Shown: in pieces, positions 12,111 through 20,840 of the stretch | How positions within the stretch are numbered: the stretch's first letter is position 1 | Layout: each line of letters begins with the position of its first letter | DNA from: Ginkgo biloba | Taxonomy: Eukaryota; Plantae; Ginkgophyta | Length of the DNA: 20,840 bases | Direction: 5' to 3' | Assembly (NCBI GenBank): GCA_024626585.2 | Contig: JANKJI020000004.1 | Coordinates: 170,257,514 to 170,278,353 of the forward strand | Position numbers and translations under genes: made by a program | Notes under the pieces: generated by a model | Seen by the model: only the letters and a program-made list of their open reading frames with translations | The model's database searches: none | Told to the model about the DNA's origin: nothing

Positions 12111-13435
12111 GTTAAAACTTTTTAATTAATTATTTTCCTATAATTTATAAACTTAGGGAAAATTTTCTTTTAAATTTACCTCTTCACCTCACCTCCAAAT
12201 TGATTGGATTTTCTAAATTGATTTAGTCTCATAGTGTCTCAAATCCACTTGATGTTCAATCTTCTCCACACTTAATGGTGTTTACAAGTGATGCTCTCTC
12301 GATCTCTACATCTAATAGCCTATGAAAACTCTTTGGATTGATATTTTAAACTTTCGATTGATCTTCTCCTTATCTGGATGATTCAACTCATGGGCATTCA
12401 TAGGCTATAACTTATTGCAGCAACATAACACTTGCTACCTACTCCTCCTCAGTACCTACTCCTTAGAAACCCCATTCTACACTATAAACCACCTTCTATA
12501 GAGTTATCCTAATGGGTTTTCTCACTCCAAACCTCCCCCATTGACTATGCTTCTCATATCTCCNNNNNNNNNNNNNNNNNNNNNNNNNNNNNNNNNNNNN
12601 NNNNNNNNNNNNNNNNNNNCATACACAGGTGCCCTTGGCCTATAATCGGATCCTCCTTCCAATGAGAAATCTTTCACAACATGACTCAAAGTTTTATCTT
12701 ATCCATAAATCCTAACATCACTCTCTTTTCCTCATAGTATTACTTTATTTTTACTATTGAATGAGTGGCGAGTACATGGTGTTCATTATTTTAATCCATA
12801 GCAACTAAATGACATTTTTGAGTGCTTAATTATTCTCTCCATGAATAGTTCTATAATTCTTTACAAGCACCTCCTACCACTATATTTTTACATTCAACAA
12901 TAAATTATTCTTTAAGATCAAATTCTCTCTCCATAATTGACTGTAAATAAGGTCCATTTTCTGCATTCCTCCTTGTTCTATAGTGGTTTCTTTGACCTTC
13001 ACATTTGCATTTAGTTTCTCCAAAGTTTGGAACTTTTGTTGAATCTGAATCAGATGTTTGCATACATTTTTCATGTGAAACATGAATTATAACCAATCTC
13101 AATAGTGAATACAGTCTAGTATAATTTTATAAAACTATAAGAATACTAACATTATCCTTGGAAAAAAATTAGACTTCAATCTCTAAGGATAAATCTAGGT
13201 GTTCCTTTGATAAAGAAAATTGCTCTGTGGTTGGCACTACAAAAATAGTTTTGGGAAATTTTACAATGTTCTTTAATAACTTTCATCCTATATTTTCCAA
13301 TATTAAATAATTACCCTCTCTCCAAAATCATAAAANNNNNNNNNNNNNNNNNNNNNNNNNNNNNNNNNNNNNNNNNNNNNNNNNNNNNNNNNNNNNNNNN
13401 NNNNNNNNNNNNNNNNNNNNNNNNNNNNNNNNNNN

Positions 13436-14633
13436 TTTTGTCTTCTTAGATTATTTTCTTAATTTCTTGATAGATTATTTATATTTTCTATAATATTTCT
13501 TGTTGTCACACCCATATTTATGCAGGTCAAGATTCCTATCAGACTCAAATAATAAAGTTGCATGTGTAGAGACCATACATTCACAAGCATAGAAACTTCA
13601 TATTTTAGATTTGAGAAAAAGGTGAAACACTTCTTTAGGAGAAGGAAAGGAACTCAATAGGATAATTCATAATTACTTTCTATGTGCAACTCAAAATTCA
13701 TTGAACAACCAAATTTTATATTTGGGGCCAAATTTTGGCTTCAAACTTAAACCACTAAGGTTGCCCAAACTTCCCTTACCTATGAGATAATTAGGTTCTT
13801 GCATCCAATAGTTTTTCTTGATGAAAACAAAATTCCTATTACTTTTGATTATATTATAATTTCTAAGTTGTGAATTCAACCCTATTCATTGCATCAATTA
13901 GTATTAAAAATTCATAAAATTTGTATATTTCATCTTATTGCTAGTTTCAATATATTTGGCATTATTCAAGTGAGGTTTTTCTCTTGATGAAAGTGTTCAC
14001 TACATTTTTTTTAATTATTCTATTTTTTATTTGGTTTCCATGGTTAATACATATTCTATGATAATGACTATAGACCATGTCCAAATCATGGAGAATTTCT
14101 TTGATTAGGTTGATGCTCCAGTTCAATCTTCATATTCTCTAATTTAGCAATTACGATAGGGACATCTTCAAATGATGAACACGATAAGTTGAGTCAACTC
14201 AATGACTATATAAAAGGAACACTTGAGAATAAAATGGACTAAATGTGGTTGATAATGACCTAGATGCAAATAATAAAGAATAGATAAAGATCTAGTGAAT
14301 GATGGTTGGGATTCTAAGCCTTTTGGATCAACTTTAAATGCATACATTGACATCAACATCGAACCCATTCAGTTCAATTTATTATAATATTCTTATTTAC
14401 TCTTATTATATTTCTCACATATTACCTCATTATATTATTTTGAGTACTATATAGTACATAATGATGTCACACATTTTGTATTTTAGGTAATATATATTAA
14501 CAAATCAAGGAATATAGTAATATACTATCTTTATGGTCAAGGAATCAATATAAAATAATGTACGAGATCAACCAATGGGATCCATTTCTCTCCAAGAGGG
14601 GAGGAATTGATGTGTCACAGGGGTATTATGGGG
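13436..14633 (+). mobile_element. Internally deleted, non-autonomous LTR retroelement: partial 5' LTR, PBS, gag stub, PPT, start of 3' LTR
   Basis: The LTR ends catca (13892-13896). It is followed by a PBS remnant tagtatta (13899), a gag-like ATG (14040), a PPT aagaggggaggaa (14594-14606) and a 3' LTR beginning tgatg (14608). No assembly gap lies between these parts. Confidence 0.7.
14594..14606 (+). promoter_or_regulatory. Polypurine tract
   Basis: aagaggggaggaa lies one base before TGATG. Confidence 0.75.
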
Positions 14634-14749
14634 NNNNNNNNNNNNNNNNNNNNNNNNNNNNNNNNNNNNNNNNNNNNNNNNNNNNNNNNNNNNNNNNNNN
14701 NNNNNNNNNNNNNNNNNNNNNNNNNNNNNNNNNAATGATCCTTTCCTAA

Positions 14750-14996
14750 TCTCTAATACCAGATGATGTAGTGGTATGACGTTATCTCACTAAAAATTGA
14801 GTGAGTGTTACTCCTAGGAATATAAAACTACTTTCACTAGATAAATCATAGTGAGAGAGAGAGAGAGAGGTAGAGATAACCATAGATAATCACACACATA
14901 AAATAATACATCTAGAGAATAAATATCTTATATTAATAAAGGCCGTAATGGGTGTTATAGATATAATACATATGATTGCACTATTGAAAATAATAG
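14750..14996 (-). mobile_element. PBS (14750-14761) and adjoining LTR end
   Basis: tctctaatacca (10/12 to gctctgatacca), then ga, then tgatgtag at 14764. The layout is the same as at 9264-9286. Confidence 0.7.
14853..14868. repeat. (GA)8 microsatellite within LTR
   Basis: gagagagagagagaga read directly from the sequence. Confidence 0.9.
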
Positions 14997-16458
14997 NNNN
15001 NNNNNNNNNNNNNNNNNNNNNNNGCTGCCTCATGTTAGGCAATCTGCCAACTATCAAATTCTGATCTATATCTTTCTCATCTTTCTCTTTTAAATTGACT
15101 CACTTTTCCTTCTTGATTTCTTTCCTCTTTTCCCACTCTGATCCTCCTTCTACTCTCTCCCTTTATGCTAAAATTTCCCTTTTCTACTCCAAGATTGGTG
15201 AGGCATTAAATTTTCTCTTACTCTTCCTTCATAGATGAAGTGTACACTGGTAGGTATCTTCNNNNNNNNNNNNNNNNNNNNNNNNNNNNNNNNNNNNNNN
15301 NNTAACTACCACTAGGACTGCCTACATCTCAGGATTCTCTTTAGGTTGGAAAACTCTTGTTCTATCGGTTCATTAGTTCACACTATTGGTTTAATCAAAA
15401 CTAATAGATTTTTAAAATATGATGATGCTTGTGTAATATTTACACTTTTTTCTTAAATCTAAAATATGAAGTTTCTCATCCTACAAATGTGTGGCCTCCG
15501 CATGTGCAACTTTGCTACTCATGTATGGTTTGAATCTTGACCTACAAGAATATAGATATGACAGTAATAAAGATTATAGATAAGATAAAGAATATAATAA
15601 TAATTAAGACAAGATTAAACTTCAAACTTAGAATAATTCAATAAGGAGAAGAATACATTAATGTGTACAAAATACATAGCCTGAAGAATTCTTATAAGTA
15701 TGGTAAAGGTGCTCATAATATAATGGATATCCATGTACANNNNNNNNNNNNNNNNNNNNNNNNNNNNNNNNNNNNNNNNNNNNNNNNNNNNNNNNNNNNN
15801 NNNNNNNNNNNNNNNNNNNNNNNNNNNNNNNNNNNNNNNCTTTGTTTTAAACTTTATGCACCCCGCCTTTTTTGTTCCTACACCACCTGTCTCTCCACAC
15901 CTTAGGGTCACCACTATTGGAATTTATATCTTATGTACTTTATATTTGTAATTTTGATATTTTAGTCTAGATATTGGAGTAGCGGTAAGCACTCCCTCTG
16001 CGTATATTACATGATGTATATTTCAGTCCCTTTGACCAGTTTTGGTCACTCATGGACATTAATATAATTTATTTATTTCCTTTTTTCTCACTCCCATAAC
16101 ACATTTTAGAATATAGATAGGCACTTAGCATAGTGGATGCATTTTCAATGAGACATCGCTTTTAACACATAAAGTTGATATTTCACTATTACATTATCCT
16201 ATGTTTATTTATTTTATATCCTTCTCATAAGGATGGGACTTACCCATACCTCTATGGCTTTCATTTCATTATATTTCTTGCACGAGTCTAGGACACAGTT
16301 GATTTTTTATAATAAATTGAAAAATCTTTTGTGAGTGTCTTTTTAGGTTAGGACAAATTCTTTGGATTGTACTCTCTCTCTTTCTAAAAATAACATCTTT
16401 TTCCTCCCATGGCAATGTTTAAAATAATGTTGTTAGTGGTCACATATTAGGCATCACA

Positions 16459-16744
16459 TGTTAGAATAGATAATATTTACACATTAATCATCATATTAAA
16501 TCATACATTAAATGTCATATTAATTGTCACGAGATCAAAAATAAATATTAGAAATGTTAATAGTTGAATTAGTTGGAAGTAAGCGAGGGTTTATAGAATA
16601 TAAATAGAGGATATTTATATTGTAAAGGATATTTGAATATTAAAATAATTTCGTGTGAATATATTGTCGTCTCTCATGGTCTTTTGAATGTTATTTCAGC
16701 ATCGAGACTCGTGGAAAAGCTATGAGATCTCTCACTTTTCAATA
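16459..16744 (+). mobile_element. Short (about 0.3 kb) 5' LTR, copia-like
   Basis: Starts tgttag at 16459 (alternative start tgttg at 16428). Contains TATAAATA at 16599-16606. Ends ttcaata, probably a deaminated ...caaca, directly before a perfect PBS. Confidence 0.65.
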
Positions 16745-16756
16745 TGGTATCAGAGC
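16745..16756 (+). promoter_or_regulatory. Primer-binding site (tRNA-iMet), intact
   Basis: Exact TGGTATCAGAGC. Confidence 0.9.
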
Positions 16757-18219
16757 AAGCTACAACCCTGTGGCAGGCTTGCATGCTGGTCTGGGGTTGA
16801 TTGGTCTAAGAAGGCCTTGCCAAAATATTATTAAGGGAGGTTATGTTTGTTATCACCTAGGTATGACAGAGGTCCTCTTCTCTAATGCATGATATTTGGA
16901 GAAAACTGCGCTTTGTCTCCCGTGCAGGTTCTTGCAATGCGTTTGCCAAATCTAAAGCAAAATGCCAAGACCAATTTGGAAATTGAGATTGTGGATTGTT
17001 GTATTAGAGCACGTATTTATTTTATGCATTTTTATATTTAGTGATGATAAGAACCATAGTAGAATCTAGCTCATCCAAAGTGTCAATCAAATCCTTTAAT
17101 TTCTTCCTTCCTTTCAATTTCTTCTTGTCTAGGGATAATGATCTAGTTGTATTTTCAAGATGAATCTTGAAATAATTGGCTTCATCATGTATAACCTTAC
17201 AACAATGTCCATATTTATTTGACCTATCAAATATATTAGAATTATTTATCTGTTATAATGTTTATATGTCAAATTATTGTAAATAGAGTCATGACTTAAT
17301 GTCATAAGCCCTATGTCTATTCAAAGGGTAAAATGATCATTATGGTGATTCATAGCTAAGTCAACCATGATGTAACAAGTGTCAGGAGTTATTCAACATG
17401 TGTCNNNNNNNNNNNNNNNNNNNNNNNNNNNNNNNNNNNNNNNNNNNNNNNNNNNNNNNNNNNNNNNNNNNNNNNNNNNNNNNNNNNTAAGACATTAAAG
17501 GTAGACCAATTCTACTATATTTATGTGTTTGTGTTCTTTGTGAAGTATTAGACCAATTCTTATATTCTATTTTCACATTTAGTATTAGAGATTTGGCTAA
17601 GCCTTATCCTAAACTATTGGTTGGTCCGTTGTGTTACGAATCGTGAGAGTGGTTTTGTGTTTTTTGGGTTGTATTATTGAATTATTTGTTTAGTATCAGT
17701 TTGTTATAATTTTGTACATGGTTTTATAGGTTCTAAAAAATGTGTTTATATGGTGTTTGTGAAGAATTCTTGGCTTAGATAATTCTTGAAGAATTGTTTA
17801 ACGTAGTTATGTAATCTATTCAAGTGTTTGTATAACTTGAGCAACTGTGTCAGAATTAGAAGCATAGTTGTAATAAAGATATGGTGAAGATCCATTGAAT
17901 AACCTTGAAGAATGACATATTATGATGTTTGTTGTCTTGTGGATGAATATCCAAGTGTGTAAAGAGAAGATCCAAGTCCTAAAAGTGATGAATGTTGGCT
18001 CAAACTCATGATTGGTTTGAAATTATGATGTATGATTCTAGGTGGAGGGAGAAACCATCAACAAAATAGATGGCATGTTCTTGAGAGTTATTGATCTTGG
18101 ATTGGATTCCATCTAGTATAAAAGACCAAAATAAGGGTCTATGATGTTGTTTCTTAAACTTGAGGCCAATTTGGTGCAAGGAAATAATTGTGAAAGCTCA
18201 CTGTGGTGTCATTTAGGAA

Positions 18220-18480
18220 TGTTGAAGGGCCTCAAGGCTGTTGGAGATTAAAATTTAGCACATGAGAGGTATTTGAAGGTTGTAAGGACCATTGTAAGTC
18301 ACCATAGGTTTTTTGAGGTATGTTATGGTGTTGGTTCCATTGGAGGTTGTGATCATCGAAGCATGGTGCCTTTGAGGCTACAAGGACTATGGAAGATACA
18401 TGGGAGTTGTTGAAAGTTACATCGACATTTGAAAAGCTACAGGAATGTTGTAAGGAGATATGAGACTACATTGAAAGGAG
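18220..18480 (+). repeat. Highly degenerate tandem array with a unit of about 20 nt
   Basis: Units include tgaaggttgtaaggaccattg, tgaggctacaaggactatgg, tgaaagttacatcgacattt, gaaaagctacaggaatgttg and tgagactacattg. Confidence 0.4.
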
Positions 18481-18689
18481 ATATAACTCAAAAGATGCCA
18501 AAAATGCTCTTCCTAAAATGAAATTGACTCCAAAAATGAAAAAGTTGTTGCAACACGCCAAAATGCAAAAAAAATAAANNNNNNNNNNNNNNNNNNNNNN
18601 NNNNNNNNNNNNNNNNNNNNNNNNNNNNNNNNNNNNNNNNNNNNNTTAAATTGGATAAAACTTGAAGTTCAAAAATTAAAAAACACTAG

Positions 18690-19195
18690 TATCCTCCCCT
18701 AGTCACATGGCAGAAGGGGCTAATCCACTTTTATAGCACCCTCACAATCAAATTGAACACCAAAATCACCATTGGAGAGATCTTTTAATTTTCTACCTAC
18801 TAGATGAGGTCATATGAATGATATGCTGACTACTTATGCATAGACCAAGGATTTAGTATTCATTGTTGATTTTGACACCCTACGAGGTGATCAAAGAGAC
18901 CATTTTTTACCCAAAATATTAAAAATACAAAAATTACTCATAAAATAAAATATTTTTGCAACATAAAATGAAATCACACCTATAAAAAAATTCTATTATT
19001 CTTTCTTTTTTTATTTCTCTATAGTGGGCATACTCCCCCATAAATTTATTGCACACGCATATACAGAATCAATCATCAAAACATAGTTGACTTGCTATTG
19101 TTATATCATGCAACGAGAAGTCAAGGTTAAGATAAGGAGGAAATAAGGAGAAAAGGGAGTCCTAATTATTTTGAGTATCAACACCCTTAATATAT
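18690..19195 (-). repeat. Dispersed repeat, copy 2 (inverted partner of 11613-12110)
   Basis: Same ordered blocks as copy 1, in reverse orientation. Confidence 0.7.
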
Positions 19196-19408
19196 GATAT
19201 ATCATTTATTATAAGTTAGTATGTACATGAACTTCTTGAGGTTCAATTTATTGTACCTCAGTTTGTAGTGTGCTAAAACTCACATACCTGAGATAGATGC
19301 TATTCAACTTAAGGGGTGGAAATATAGCTAGGTTCACTGGGGGTGTAACATACTAGAATAGACATACTTGATCATACATTTCTCAAATTAATCAAATTGA
19401 TCAGAGAC

Positions 19409-19622
19409 ATGGCTAATAGAAGTAGAGTACTAGGAGTTATGACAGAGAAGCTTACTGGTGCTAGGAACTATGTAGAATGGAAATACCAAATGCAAAAATT
19501 CCTATTGTTGAACAACCTATGGAAGTACATAGTTGAGTCTGTGAAGTTTAACAAATATAATATGAAACAGATAGATATTATTGGAGTAAAGTGTAGAATA
19601 GTTATAAGTTTTATCATACTAT
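19409..19622 (+). mobile_element. gag: Ty1/copia gag N-terminus (DUF4219-type), open up to the gap
   Basis: MANRSRVLGVMTEKLTGARNYVEWKYQMQKFLLLNNLWKYI fits KLxGxNYxxWxxxMxxxLxxxxLWxYI. The ATG is immediately preceded by the PBS-like ttgatcagagac (19397-19408). Confidence 0.8.
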
Positions 19623-19770
19623 NNNNNNNNNNNNNNNNNNNNNNNNNNNNNNNNNNNNNNNNNNNNNNNNNNNNNNNNNNNNNNNNNNNNNNNNNNNNNN
19701 NNNNNNNNNNNNNNNNNNNNNNATGAGCAATGTGATTTTTCTACCTTCAAGTGGATTTTCCTAATATATG

Positions 19771-19973
19771 AATCCTCTTTGTCTGATACCATAGCTATAG
19801 CTCTGGCCTATGATCTCTCGGGGGAGGGGATTATTTATGGGGTTTTTTTCAGGCATTTTATGGAGAAATTTGAGTAGTATCTGATTAATATTTCTTCATA
19901 TGCTCGGGCAATTCATAGGTTGCATACAGTGTGTGAGAAGTTGAAGAAGGTTTTGGGATTTATTAAATGGGAA
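19771..19973 (+). pseudogene. HSP110: Internally deleted fragment of an Hsp110/SSE-type Hsp70 (HSP70-14/15-like) nucleotide-binding domain
   Basis: NPLCL / TIAIALAY corresponds to HPLRLIHETTATALAYG. GVFFRHFMEKFE*YLINISSYARAIHRLHTVCEKLKKVL corresponds to EVLFxHFAxKFKxEYKIDVxxNARAxxRLRxxCEKLKKVL. GFIKWE corresponds to RGFIKRE. There is one stop, a frameshift and two large internal deletions. Confidence 0.85.
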
Positions 19974-20105
19974 ATAGTAGTAGACAGAGACACAGTTGCT
20001 GAAGAAGAAAAGGAGACATCGTCCATGATCCCAAATCTTAATCATATGCGAGGAGGATATGGTAAGAAGTTATGTTTCTGGTTGTTGATAAATTATATCT
20101 TTATT

Positions 20106-20380
20106 GGAGAAGAGCGGCATTTGAATGTGGTGTCGACTGTGATAATGTTGAAATCCTGTCTGGTGGGAGCAATGAAGGGTCATACTCTTATCAAGAAGAA
20201 GATTGATGCTCTTACCATGAAATTTTATAAAAATCCTCAAGAAAATCATTTTCGCCAAAGAATCCATGGGAGAGATTATAAATTTATTATTATTATTCGC
20301 GTGGGGCAAGTAGTGTGTCTCTAAATGAAACATCGTGAATTTGTACCAATGAATCCATGCTATGTTATAGAAATTGTGCA
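20106..20380 (+). pseudogene. VHA-D: V-type H+-ATPase subunit D pseudogene fragment (N-terminal part)
   Basis: GEERHLNVVSTVIML-KSCLVGAMKGHTLIKKKIDALTMKF vs plant VHA-D GQxQRLNVVPTVTMLGVMKARLVGATRGHALLKKKSDALTVQF. After a frameshift near 20229, KILKKIIFAKESMGEII vs QILKKIVSAKESMGEIM. VIEIVQ near 20365 vs VLENVQ. Confidence 0.92.
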
Positions 20381-20389
20381 ACCACTCGA

Positions 20390-20744
20390 ATGGTTATTGG
20401 TAGAATGAGGAAAGCACTTGTAGATTGTATGCAGGCAAATTTGGATTAGCCACTAATCCAAATTTTCCTACATTTCAAATTAGAGCTGCAAGTTGTCATC
20501 TTTTCTCTTAGAGAGAGTGAGGATACTGTGAATTTTTTTTTTCAAAGAGTACTTGCATTCAACAAAAGAGTTGGAAAATTTAGACCTTGAGATGATAACA
20601 GAAGCCTCTAACGGGTTGAGGAAGGCTCAACAAGGGTGGGAATATATAGATCGTGTTGAAACTGCACAGGCAGAAAATGAATGTAGTAGTGAAAGAATAA
20701 CAGAGGACAGAAAACAGCAAATACAGGCAAAAGAAAAAAATTAG
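20390..20744 (+). pseudogene. Ambiguous coding remnant: either a very diverged VHA-D C-terminal half or a copia gag continuation
   Basis: LQVVIFSLRESEDTVNFFFQRVLAF can align to VHA-D LQTSFLTLDEAIKTTN-RRVNAL or to copia gag LxMxExExVxDFFxRVLA. ELENLDLE...LRKAQQG is weakly like ELDELERE...LKKIQG. Confidence 0.3.
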
Positions 20745-20840
20745 TTATTACTCCTCTGTGTCTCCCTTTACTTCCATTACAACATTATGAACTGAAAAGA
20801 CCACCAATAGCAATCTAACCAGAGATACGCTAGACAACAT

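Noticed and set aside
12880-13102. Two overlapping minus-strand ORFs of 65-67 aa
   Set aside because: No recognisable domain, splice context or compositional support.
15520-15545. ggtttgaatcttgacc as a possible SINE/tRNA B-box
   Set aside because: No A-box, cloverleaf, tail or TSD.
15840-16080. Possible LINE 3' end
   Set aside because: No poly(A) tail or adjacent ORF2 motif.
1690-17576. Track ORFs that run through N gaps (e.g. 1690-1893, 5522-5905, 9820-10386, 14558-14749, 15615-15951, 17382-17576)
   Set aside because: Their length comes from X residues; the flanking residues show no coherent protein.
1-20840. CRISPR arrays, rRNA/tRNA genes, prokaryotic defence systems or an intact autonomous element
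   Set aside because: No regularly spaced repeats or structural RNA signatures. The RT is an ordinary disabled gypsy RT, and the domains are out of order for a single element.

Overview
AT-rich, strongly CpG/CHG-depleted plant nuclear DNA. The element types resemble those of large gymnosperm-like genomes (inference). The assembly is fragmented: 18 N-runs, nine of them exactly 100 N. No intact gene is present. Most of the window is decayed retroelement debris: Ty3/gypsy RNase H-integrase (1-1330), gypsy gag (minus, 8681-9260), gypsy protease-RT (10800-11512), LINE ORF1 (about 5960-6450), a Ty1/copia gag start (19409), and several LTR ends with tRNA-iMet primer-binding sites, many with TGATG/CATCA termini. 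One gap-free element (13436-14633) has an internal domain of only about 0.7 kb. Non-TE signals are (i) a CpG-retaining stretch at about 1400-1785 carrying a probable last coding exon on the minus strand and (ii) the most interesting feature, a gap-free chimeric block (19723-20744). In that block, internally deleted pieces of an Hsp110/Hsp70-14-type gene are joined, partly in one open frame, to the 5' part of V-ATPase subunit D, next to a copia gag start. All homology calls are from recalled family motifs; no database search was run.
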